From: an uncultured Oscillospiraceae bacterium
Lineage (GTDB): Bacteria > Bacillota > Clostridia > Oscillospirales > Oscillospiraceae
Direction of reading: 5' to 3'
DNA length: 64,000 nt
NCBI GenBank assembly: GCA_910587785.1
Contig: CAJUOA010000003.1
Span: 32,044-96,043 of the forward strand
Shown: piece by piece, positions 17,608-26,496 of the stretch
Layout of the letters: every line of letters begins with the position of its first letter
How positions within the stretch are numbered: position 1 is the stretch's first letter
Notes under the pieces: generated by a model
Database searches by the model: none
Told to the model about the DNA's origin: nothing
What the model saw: only the letters and a program-made list of their open reading frames with translations
Translations under genes and position numbers: made by a program

Positions 17608-20187
17608 ATGGGAAATCGGACAACACGGTTTTTGACGGTCAGCCTCGTGCTGGTATCGGTGTTCTGCGTCGTCGTCTTCAGCATCCAGGCGGCATGGAAC
17701 AGCGCCGTGGGCGCGGAGGCCATCACGGATATCGGCGTGATCTATATGTCGGGCATGAGTGAGCAGATTGCCACCCACTTCGGCACCACCATCGAACTGC
17801 GGCTCAGTCAGGTGGGGGCCTTGGCGGACAGCGTACTGCCGGGGCGCGGCGGCTCCGACAGCGCCGCCGTGCGGGTAGCTTTGACCCACAGCGCCCGGTC
17901 CCGGGGCTTCTCCTGCCTCGCCTTCTGCACCCAGGAGGGGGAGTTCGACGTGATCTACGGCCCCGCCTTCACCTCCGGCATGGCGGAGCCCTTCATCAGC
18001 TCCCTGCGCCGGGGGGAGCAGAAAATCAGCGCGGGGTGGAGCGCCTCCGGCGTTCCGATGGTCCTTATGGGCGTCCCGGCGGCCTACCCCCTGGACGGCG
18101 GCGCCAAGAGCGTGGCCCTGGTGGCGGGCCTCCCCACCAGCTACCTGGTGGACACCCTCTCCCTCAACGTGGAAAGCACCACGCTGGACTACACCATCAT
18201 CCGCCGGGACGGGAGCTTCATCGTCCCCGGCCACATGGAGGGCAGTGACAACTTCTTCGACCGGGCCCAGGAGCGCTACGACCGGGCGGGGGGCCGGGAG
18301 ACGGGGCAGTTCATCCGCGAGCTCCAGGCGGCCATGGACGCGGGCCGGGACTGCACCAGCGTCATTGAGATGGACGGGGCGCGCTGGAACCTCTACGGCA
18401 CGGACCTGCCCAACTCCGAGTGGTACCTGCTCCTCTACATGTCCTACGGCATCCTGGACGAGACGGTGGCGGGCCTGGGGCGGCGCTGGACCGCCGTGGC
18501 CCTGGGGGGCTGCGCGCTGATATTGGGGGCCTTGGCACTGGTGTTTGTGGGGTATTTCCGCCTGACCCGGCGGCAGATCATGGAGCTGGACGAGGCCCGG
18601 CGCACCGCCGACAGCGCCTGGCACACCGCCGAGCGGGCCAGCCGGGCGAAAAGCGAGTTCCTCTCCAACATGTCCCACGACATCCGCACCCCCATGAACG
18701 GCATTATGGGCATGACCACCCTCGCCATCGCCAGCCTGGACAACACGCCCCAGGTGCGCTCCTGCCTCAAGAAGATCAGCGTCTCCAGCCGCCACCTGCT
18801 GGGGCTCATCAACGACATGCTGGACATGTCCAAGATCGAGAGCGGGGACTGGAGCCTGAAGCTGGAGGCGGTCTCCCTCCGGGAGATCCTCACCAACGCC
18901 ATGATGATCACCCAGCCCCAGGTCCGGGAGCGAGACCAGGACTTCCGGGTTTACACCGGGAACGTCAGCGTGGAGAACGTGCTGGGGGACCCGGTGCGCC
19001 TGACCCAGGTCCTGCTGAGCCTTTTGGGCAATGCGGTGAAGTTCACCCCCTCCGGCGGGTCCATCCGGATGGAGCTGACCGAGGAGCCCTCCCCCAGGGG
19101 CCCCGCCTTCATCCGGGTGCGCCTGACGGTGCGGGACACCGGCGTGGGCATGTCGGCGGACTTCCAAAAGCGCATCTTCGACGCCTTCGCCCGGGAGGAC
19201 AGCGCCCGGGTGCAGAAGGCCCAGGGCGCGGGGCTGGGATTGACCATCACCAAGTATATTGTCGACGCCATGGGCGGCGATATCGAGGTGGAGAGCGCCC
19301 CGGGGCAGGGGAGCCTCTTCCGGGTGACGCTGGACCTGGAGAAGGCCCGCGGCCAGGAGCCGGATATGCGCCTGAGTGAGCGGGAGGTGCTCCTGGCGGA
19401 CGGCGACGAGGCGGTCTGGCAGTCCGCGGAGGGGATGCTGGAGTCCATCGGCCTCCGGCCCGGCTGGGTCCGGAGCGGAGCGCAGGCCCTGGAGGCGGTC
19501 CGCGCCGCCCGGGAGCGGGGGATATGCCCCGTGGTCCTGCTGGACTGGGGCCTGGAGGGCCCCGGGTGCCTGGAGACTGCCCGGGCCATCCGCCGCCTGG
19601 ATGCGGAGGTGCCGGTGCTGGTGCTCTTCAACGGCGACTGGGGGGAGGTGGAATCCCAGGCCCGCGCCGCGGGCATCAGCGGCTGTGTGGCAAAGCCCCT
19701 CTTCCGCTCCAGCCTGTACTGCGGCCTGCGCCGGTATGCCCAGGAGGACACCTGCCCCGTGCCGGAGCTGGAGCGGGAGCCCCTGATGCGCTTTCCCGGG
19801 CGGCGGGTACTCCTCGCGGAGGACAATGAGCTCAATTGGGAGATCGCAAGCGAACTTCTTGCGGAGCTGGAGCTGGAGGCGGAGTGGGCCCAGGACGGGG
19901 CGGTGTGTGTGGAGAAGTTTCGCGCCTCGCCCCCGGGGTGGTACGACGCCATCCTCATGGACCTGCGGATGCCGGAGATGACAGGGTTCGAGGCCGCCCG
20001 GGCCATCCGGGGGCAGGACCGTGCGGACGCGCGCACCGTGCCCATTATTGCCATCAGCGCCGACGCCTTCCACGACGACATCCAGCGCTGTCTGGACTGC
20101 GGCATGAACGCCCACACCCCCAAGCCTATCGACATCCAGGAGGTGGCGGTCCTGCTGGACCGGTTTTTCCGCGAAGGGGAGCGGTAG
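17608..20187 (+). CDS. hybrid sensor histidine kinase with extracytoplasmic sensor domain and two receiver domains
   Basis: TM1, a ~270-aa external domain and TM2. H-box SEFLSNMSHDIRTPMNG, N/G boxes (GNAVKFTP, DTGVGM, GAGLGL) and two REC modules (LLDW.., AILMDLRMPEMTG...KP). Confidence 0.88.
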   Translation: MGNRTTRFLTVSLVLVSVFCVVVFSIQAAWNSAVGAEAITDIGVIYMSGMSEQIATHFGTTIELRLSQVGALADSVLPGRGGSDSAAVRVALTHSARSRGFSCLAFCTQEGEFDVIYGPAFTSGMAEPFISSLRRGEQKISAGWSASGVPMVLMGVPAAYPLDGGAKSVALVAGLPTSYLVDTLSLNVESTTLDYTIIRRDGSFIVPGHMEGSDNFFDRAQERYDRAGGRETGQFIRELQAAMDAGRDCTSVIEMDGARWNLYGTDLPNSEWYLLLYMSYGILDETVAGLGRRWTAVALGGCALILGALALVFVGYFRLTRRQIMELDEARRTADSAWHTAERASRAKSEFLSNMSHDIRTPMNGIMGMTTLAIASLDNTPQVRSCLKKISVSSRHLLGLINDMLDMSKIESGDWSLKLEAVSLREILTNAMMITQPQVRERDQDFRVYTGNVSVENVLGDPVRLTQVLLSLLGNAVKFTPSGGSIRMELTEEPSPRGPAFIRVRLTVRDTGVGMSADFQKRIFDAFAREDSARVQKAQGAGLGLTITKYIVDAMGGDIEVESAPGQGSLFRVTLDLEKARGQEPDMRLSEREVLLADGDEAVWQSAEGMLESIGLRPGWVRSGAQALEAVRAARERGICPVVLLDWGLEGPGCLETARAIRRLDAEVPVLVLFNGDWGEVESQARAAGISGCVAKPLFRSSLYCGLRRYAQEDTCPVPELEREPLMRFPGRRVLLAEDNELNWEIASELLAELELEAEWAQDGAVCVEKFRASPPGWYDAILMDLRMPEMTGFEAARAIRGQDRADARTVPIIAISADAFHDDIQRCLDCGMNAHTPKPIDIQEVAVLLDRFFREGER

Positions 20188-20268
20188 GGCTGCGGGCCCC
20201 GATAGGGCATCAGGGTCCGCGAACCCCTGGGGGGGAAATACCAAATTTCTCAATAGGGAGGAATTTTT

Positions 20269-21552
20269 GTGAAAAGAGCCTTTGCTTTGACGCTGGTCCT
20301 GCTCCTGACCCTGACCGCCTGCGGTGTTGCGCCCGCGGGCCCCCCGGAGCCTCCGGCGGAGGACCCGGCGGAGCCGGTGGAGATTAAGCTCTGGACCTAC
20401 CCGGTGGGGGAGTGGGGGAACCCAACGGCCATCTCCGGCCTGGTCTCCGGCTTCCAGCGGGCCAACCCGGACATCCGCCTGACGGTGGAGCACCTGGACT
20501 ACGACACCGGGGATGCGCGGGTGGAGGAGGCCGTCGCCTCCGGCACGCTGCCGGACCTGGTGCTGGAGAGCCCGGAGCGGCTCCTCTCGGACTGGGGGGA
20601 GCGGGGGCTCATGGCGGACCTGGGAGACCTCTGGGAGACGGAGCAGGCCGGGGCGGTCTATGACGCCGTCCGCGCTGCCTGCCGCCGGGGGGACGGGACC
20701 TACTGTGTCTACCCCATCTGCATGAGCACCCACTGCATGGCCATCAACTACGACCTGTTCCAGGCGGCGGGGGCCCTGCAATACCTGGACGAGGAAAAGC
20801 GCACCTGGAGCACCGAGGGCTTTATCCAGGCCGTGGAGGCCCTGCGCGCCTACGGGCAGGAGCAGGCGGCGGCGATCTACTGCGGCGGGCAGGGGGGCGA
20901 CCAGGGGACGAGGGCCTTGGTGACAAACCTCTGCGGCGGGTCCTTCACCGACCCGGAGCACACCCGCTACACCGTGGACAGTCCCGAGAACATCCGCGCC
21001 CTGGAGCTCCTGCGGGACTTGGAGGGCGTGGACTTCGACCCCGCGCTCCAGGGCGCCGGGGAGATCGAGCGCTTCTGTAAGGGGGAGCTGGCCATGGCCT
21101 TCTGCTGGAACGGCTCGCTGGAGGTGGTCCACACGGTGAAGAATCCGGACCTGGACTTCCGCATCCTCGCCATGACCTTCCCCACGGAGACGGGGGAGCC
21201 CCGGCTCCAGTCCGGTATCTGGGGCTTCGGGGTCTTTGACAGCGGCGACGAGGCGCGTATTGCGGCGGCCAAGGCGTTCATCCGCTACGTGGCCGGGGAC
21301 GACGCCCGCTATACCCAGGCGGTGCAGATCGCCAACTTCTGGCCCGTGCGGGACATGCCGGGCATCTACGACAATGACCCGCTCATGAGCGCTTACAGCG
21401 CCTTCATCCCATACGCGGACGACTACTGCCAGGTGACGCCAAACTGGGTAGCGGCCCGGGGGGCCTGGTGGAAGATGCTCCAGCGGGTAGGGGCGGGGGA
21501 GGACGTCTCCGCGGCGGTGCAGGCGTTCTCCCGGGAGGTCAGCGGCGGCTGA
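20269..21552 (+). CDS. extracellular solute-binding lipoprotein (ABC SBP family 1-like); no cognate permease or ATPase nearby
   Basis: GTG start. Lipobox LTLTAC, and length and pattern typical of sugar-type SBPs (KLWTYP.., ..NYDLF..AG). Confidence 0.78.
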   Translation: MKRAFALTLVLLLTLTACGVAPAGPPEPPAEDPAEPVEIKLWTYPVGEWGNPTAISGLVSGFQRANPDIRLTVEHLDYDTGDARVEEAVASGTLPDLVLESPERLLSDWGERGLMADLGDLWETEQAGAVYDAVRAACRRGDGTYCVYPICMSTHCMAINYDLFQAAGALQYLDEEKRTWSTEGFIQAVEALRAYGQEQAAAIYCGGQGGDQGTRALVTNLCGGSFTDPEHTRYTVDSPENIRALELLRDLEGVDFDPALQGAGEIERFCKGELAMAFCWNGSLEVVHTVKNPDLDFRILAMTFPTETGEPRLQSGIWGFGVFDSGDEARIAAAKAFIRYVAGDDARYTQAVQIANFWPVRDMPGIYDNDPLMSAYSAFIPYADDYCQVTPNWVAARGAWWKMLQRVGAGEDVSAAVQAFSREVSGG

Positions 21553-21644
21553 GGGCGGAGGAAAAGGGCCTCTCAACCACGGGGAACCTTTCGGAAAAAG
21601 CTGCACGGCGGGTCCCGCAGGTCCCGCAGGTCCTCGACGGCGCA

Positions 21645-21673
21645 TTGACAAACCCGCCCAGATCTTGTATAAT
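21645..21673 (+). promoter_or_regulatory. consensus sigma-A promoter of the large surface-protein gene
   Basis: Exact TTGACA, a 17-nt spacer, then TATAAT. Confidence 0.7.
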
Positions 21674-21716
21674 ATGACCTTAAACCGGCAAAACAAACAA
21701 GAAAGGAAGATCAGAT

Positions 21717-24700
21717 TTGAACTGGAGAAAACGACTGACGGCGGCTCTTCTGAGCCTTGCCATGGCGCTCTCCCTCTTCGCCCCGTGGCCGCAGACGGCC
21801 CGTGCGGCGGGGACGGGGGCCGCGGGCTCTATCGGCCTGACCGTCCGCTTTGACCTGCCCCAGACCCGCGCGGCGGTGGAAGGGCGCGGCGTCAAGCTGA
21901 CCCTCACGCGGGGCACGGAGCGGCTGGAGCTCCCCCTTGCCGCAGGCACGGCGGTACGCAACGACTTCCAGGCCCCGGTGTCTGTGAAGGCGAAGAACAT
22001 CGACGGCGTGGAGATGACCACCGAGGCCCGGCTGGGGTACTACCAGGCGGAGGTCTCCGGCTTGGCCCAGGGGACTTACCGGCTGGAGGTGACCGGCACG
22101 GGCTACGTGCCCTACTCCGCTGACGTCACCCTGGACAGCTACTCCCGCCACGTCATCACCGGCACCGGGGACGGCACCTTCGCCCTGGGCGACGTCAACG
22201 GCGACGGCGTTCTGGACGAGCAGGACCTTACATATCTGGAGGCCCGCCTGGGCGGCGCACCGGAGGGCTGCGACCTCAACGGCGACGGCGCGGTGGATGT
22301 GACGGACCTCGCCTATGTCAACTACATTCTGAATGAGCACGGCTCGGCGCAGGTCCTGGAGACCGGGGCCATCACCGTCCCCGTGGTGGAGACGGCGGGC
22401 CTCATCTTCCGCTCCGGCACTGCGCAGCAGCTCTTTACCGGCACGGAATCCGTCACCATTGCGCCCGCAGCGGCGGGGGACGATCTGGTGCTCCCCATCG
22501 AACTGCCTGCGGCGGTGGAGATGGAGCGCATCGAGATCACCTGCCCGGACGGCATGGGAGCCCTGGAGACCGGCGCTGCCACGGTGGAGACGGAGGACGG
22601 GCGCACGTTTGACGTCCCCTTTGACATCAGCACCCCCGCCGGGGTCTACGCCATCGGCCCGACCGCCGGGGAGCGGGTGGTGACCATCGACCTGGGCCGC
22701 CGGGTGGCGGTGAAGAAGGTCACCATCCATGTGACCCGTGTGGCCGGGCAGGCCGGCGCCAAGCCGGAGTATGCCACAGTGACCCAGATCGAATTCCTCA
22801 AGGACATCGTGCCGGAGAACCCCAAGACGGACGACCAGGTGATGAACCTCTCCGCCAAGGCGGGGGACGGCATGGTGGAACTCGCCTGGAGCGCGGTGCG
22901 CAACGTCACCGGCTACAAGGTGGCCTACGGCGAGAGCGCGGATCACCTGGACCGGACCCTGCCGGTGGTGAGCAACAAGGCGTCTGTCACGGGGCTGGAG
23001 AATCTGACCACCTACTATTTCCAGGTAACAGCCACCAACGGCGCTTGGCGCGGCAGGCCGTCGGCCATTGTCTCCGCCATGCCCGAGGCCGCCAAGGTGC
23101 CCGGCGCACCCTCCAACATCGGGGTGGTGCCCATGGACGGAGCACTGCGCCTGAGCTGGGGCAAGACCAAGGACGCCACGTTCTATCAGGCGTTCTACCG
23201 CGTGGCCGGGGAGACGGAGTTCACCCAGTTCGGCGGCGACTTGAGCGCGACCAGCACCACCATCACGGGCCTGACCAACGGCACGGAATATGAGCTCGCC
23301 GTGAAGGCCGGAAACAGCAAGGGCGTGGGACCCTTCTCCGCGATCGCCGCCGGTACGCCGGAGCGGGAGGACCTGACGATGCCGGAGCTGCCAACGGATG
23401 GACGGATCGACAGCAGTATGGTGGAGTCCATCGTGCTGAAAGACCCGAGTAATGTCGACAGGAAGCTGTGTCCCAACTTTGTCACAGACCACCTCATCGA
23501 CAATGACGCTTCCACATACTGGATCGCTGGGAGCTGGAGCAAAAACAGCCATATCACTTATACATTTAGCGAACCTGCGGATATGAACTATGTGATCTTG
23601 GTTCCATATCTGGGGGATAACCATAAGTATGCGCTGAATACCTATAGGATCGATGCTGTAGACGAAAATGGCGTCCAGATACTCGAAGAGACTCTATATG
23701 CAGCTCCACGGATGACGGATAAAAATTATCTGATCCTGCCCTTTGACGCGGTGAAAGGTGTCAAGAGCCTGACAGTACAGCTCAACGAGCGGGAGGGGAA
23801 CGGTTTCCGAGTGAGCGCATCGGAGATGGCTTTCTACAAGAGCGACAGCCTGCCGGACGATATCCTCGCCCTCTTCACAGATGAGACCTTGACCGAAATA
23901 AGGACCGGCGTGAGCGAAGGAGACATCACCGCGTTGGAGGAACGTTTGGCGGAAAAAGAGAGCTTCTTCCTGGATGTTGACCTTCTGAGACAGGAACTTG
24001 AGCTGGCAAAAAAGCTCTTGGCAGACCCCAGCGCTCTGGGGCTCGTGAAGAACGATTTCCAGAGCCGCAGCGGCAGAGCGGACAGCACATACGGTCAGAG
24101 CGCAAGCGACCTCCAGCCTCTGGGCATCTCCGCCGAGGCCGGATCGACGGTGGCAATCTACGCCCAGCTTCCGGAGGGTGAGACAGTCTCCATCGTCCCC
24201 ACTCAGTACTACGGAGAATCCGGCATCTGGAGAGGGACCTCCGTTCAGCTGCGGAACGGGCGCAACTATATCGACATTCCCAAGATCGGTAGCTTGACCG
24301 ATCCCCGGGGCGGCCCGCTCTACGTGACCTACTCCGGCGAGCATCCGGAGCAGATCAAACTCCATGTGCTCCCCAACGAGAAAGCAGCCATCATCCCCGT
24401 CCTGGAGCTCTCCAACTGGTACAGCACGGACGGAGTTGCCCAGCGTGCCGCCATCAGCGCCTACGTGACGGCGCTGGAGGCCCACGTGGCAAAGAATGGG
24501 ACGAATCCCGAGACCAACGTCTTCAACACCACGGAGATTTCCACGCCCAGCGTCCTGCTGAGCCTGCCCGCAAACAAGATTCTGGACGGGCTTGGTACCG
24601 ATAACAAGGTTGAGACCATGTACCAGAACATCCTCGCCTGGGAGGAGACACTTTTCGTTGCCAACAAGGTCCAGGGGATTATCGGCTCTGCTGATACGCT

Positions 24701-26486
24701 TGCCGGCTACCGTTATCCCATGCAGACCCGTCAGAACATCCGCTATATGCGCATGTTCGCCGGAGCGTTCATGTACGCCGCCGGGAACCATGTCGGCATC
24801 GGCTACGGCTCCGCAAGCGCACTGGCTCAGGGCAGGCCCACGAGCAGCGGAACCCCGATGCTCTTCGGCTGGGGCATTGCCCACGAGATCGGCCACAACA
24901 TGGACAAATTGGGCAAGGCGGAGATTACCAACAATATCTACTCTCTGGCCATCCAGGCCTGGGACGGCGGCGGCATGACCAAGAATACCACCCGTCTGAC
25001 GAACAGCGGCATCTGGCAGAAGGTCTTTGACAAGGTGTCCGCAGGCCGTCCGGGCGCGGCGGGGAACGTCTTCGTCCAGCTGGGTATGTACTGGCAGCTG
25101 CACTTGGCCTATGATACCAAGGAGGAGCCGCTGAAGTTCTTTAACACGTTCTTCAAGGATTGGAAGAGCGGTGAGTACAAGGACGGCTATACCTACGACG
25201 AGCGTGTGGCGCTGATCGCCTCCAAGACGGCAGGGAAGAATCTCACGGACTTCTTTACCCGCTGGGGGATGACCCTCGGGGACACGGCAAAGGCCGAAAT
25301 GGGGAAGCTCGCGACGGAACCCCGCGCCATTTGGTACCTCAACGATGAGAGCTGGATCAACGGGACAGCTGGGACCGGAAATACCACAGTTTCGGCTGCC
25401 GTTGAGGGCAGTAAGGTCACTCTTACCATCAACAACGATGCTTCCGGTACGATTCAAGGCTATGAGGTTCGCCGCAACGGTACGCCCATCGGCTTCACCA
25501 CCACAACTACCTATGTCGACGACTTGGGCGCGGCCAACAACCGGACATACAAATATTCGGTGGTCCCGGTAGATAAGCTGGGGAACATGGGTCAAGAGGC
25601 AGAAACGCAGGAACTCAGGGTAGCCTATGACAAGGCCATCAGCGAAGACCTTTACGAGATGTCGAGAGAGGGGACCACAGTCACCTTCACCATGAAGGGT
25701 GACGCAAAGGTGGCTGTCACCGGCATCAAGGTGGAGAACAGCACCGTGCAGAGTCCTGGTATCACTATCAATGGAAAGGACGTCAACGCGACCCCTGCTC
25801 CCGACAACGCCGGAGTGTGGTATTTTGCCAAACCCGGCGCGGCGGCAGGCGACACCCGCATCTGGACTTATGATGCAAAGACCGTGACAATCACCGGCGT
25901 CCCTGAAGGTGCAGTTGTGACGCTCCTCGACTACCCCGGCGACCGTGTGGACTTCTACGACGCGAAGAACGTCACCGCCGGTAAGCTTGCAGAGGACTAC
26001 TCATATGTGGACAGCGATGGAAAAACCCAGACCATTCCAAAGGGGACCGTTGTCGTTATGGGTACCTACCGCGGCGACCCGGTGTATACCCTCATACAGA
26101 TTGAGGCCCGCTATGACATCTCCGGCGAGGCGGTGACGGATGCAACGGAGCTGCAACCGCGCTGTATGAACGGTTTCACCCTGCTCTTTGCTGAGATTCC
26201 GGGAGATGGGGAGGTCAGCGACATCAGCGACGGTATCTTCATGTTTGTCCCTGACTGGGCTGAGGAGAACAAGCTGAACAAGGAGGCCGGTTGGAGCTCG
26301 AAGGACCCCCTGACGGATAAGGAGACAGACAGGACCCTTTACCCCACCGAGATTCGCGCAGTCCTCAACCGGACGGACAAGCCGGAAAGTGCTGACAGCC
26401 ACCGCACGACCAGTGAGACTTTGTGGATCAGCTTCCCTCATGCGGAGGCTCTCACGGATATCCGGCTGACCAGCAGCGCCAACTAA
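21717..26486 (+). CDS. secreted multidomain protein: dockerin repeats, FN3-like and discoidin-like modules, M60-like (enhancin-type) zinc peptidase
   Basis: TTG start after aaggaag. Signal peptide, Ca-loop pairs DVNGDGVLDEQD and DLNGDGAVDVTD (22188-22331) and FN3-like segments (..VELAWSAV.NVTGYKV.Y..). Zincin motif GWGIAHEIGHNMD has HEIGH at 24882-24896. Confidence 0.8.
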   Translation: MNWRKRLTAALLSLAMALSLFAPWPQTARAAGTGAAGSIGLTVRFDLPQTRAAVEGRGVKLTLTRGTERLELPLAAGTAVRNDFQAPVSVKAKNIDGVEMTTEARLGYYQAEVSGLAQGTYRLEVTGTGYVPYSADVTLDSYSRHVITGTGDGTFALGDVNGDGVLDEQDLTYLEARLGGAPEGCDLNGDGAVDVTDLAYVNYILNEHGSAQVLETGAITVPVVETAGLIFRSGTAQQLFTGTESVTIAPAAAGDDLVLPIELPAAVEMERIEITCPDGMGALETGAATVETEDGRTFDVPFDISTPAGVYAIGPTAGERVVTIDLGRRVAVKKVTIHVTRVAGQAGAKPEYATVTQIEFLKDIVPENPKTDDQVMNLSAKAGDGMVELAWSAVRNVTGYKVAYGESADHLDRTLPVVSNKASVTGLENLTTYYFQVTATNGAWRGRPSAIVSAMPEAAKVPGAPSNIGVVPMDGALRLSWGKTKDATFYQAFYRVAGETEFTQFGGDLSATSTTITGLTNGTEYELAVKAGNSKGVGPFSAIAAGTPEREDLTMPELPTDGRIDSSMVESIVLKDPSNVDRKLCPNFVTDHLIDNDASTYWIAGSWSKNSHITYTFSEPADMNYVILVPYLGDNHKYALNTYRIDAVDENGVQILEETLYAAPRMTDKNYLILPFDAVKGVKSLTVQLNEREGNGFRVSASEMAFYKSDSLPDDILALFTDETLTEIRTGVSEGDITALEERLAEKESFFLDVDLLRQELELAKKLLADPSALGLVKNDFQSRSGRADSTYGQSASDLQPLGISAEAGSTVAIYAQLPEGETVSIVPTQYYGESGIWRGTSVQLRNGRNYIDIPKIGSLTDPRGGPLYVTYSGEHPEQIKLHVLPNEKAAIIPVLELSNWYSTDGVAQRAAISAYVTALEAHVAKNGTNPETNVFNTTEISTPSVLLSLPANKILDGLGTDNKVETMYQNILAWEETLFVANKVQGIIGSADTLAGYRYPMQTRQNIRYMRMFAGAFMYAAGNHVGIGYGSASALAQGRPTSSGTPMLFGWGIAHEIGHNMDKLGKAEITNNIYSLAIQAWDGGGMTKNTTRLTNSGIWQKVFDKVSAGRPGAAGNVFVQLGMYWQLHLAYDTKEEPLKFFNTFFKDWKSGEYKDGYTYDERVALIASKTAGKNLTDFFTRWGMTLGDTAKAEMGKLATEPRAIWYLNDESWINGTAGTGNTTVSAAVEGSKVTLTINNDASGTIQGYEVRRNGTPIGFTTTTTYVDDLGAANNRTYKYSVVPVDKLGNMGQEAETQELRVAYDKAISEDLYEMSREGTTVTFTMKGDAKVAVTGIKVENSTVQSPGITINGKDVNATPAPDNAGVWYFAKPGAAAGDTRIWTYDAKTVTITGVPEGAVVTLLDYPGDRVDFYDAKNVTAGKLAEDYSYVDSDGKTQTIPKGTVVVMGTYRGDPVYTLIQIEARYDISGEAVTDATELQPRCMNGFTLLFAEIPGDGEVSDISDGIFMFVPDWAEENKLNKEAGWSSKDPLTDKETDRTLYPTEIRAVLNRTDKPESADSHRTTSETLWISFPHAEALTDIRLTSSAN

Positions 26487-26496
26487 GGAGGAATCG

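Noticed and set aside
21619-21640. gtcccgcag tandem triplet upstream of the surface-protein promoter
   Set aside because: It has only about 2.5 copies of 9 bp. No palindrome or known operator pattern is present, so there is too little evidence to call a regulatory site.
17524-21696. 1390-aa ORF on the minus strand
   Set aside because: It lies antisense to three well-supported plus-strand genes (kinase, SBP). It is Arg/Pro/Gly/His-rich with no motifs. It is a typical stop-poor shadow frame of high-GC DNA.
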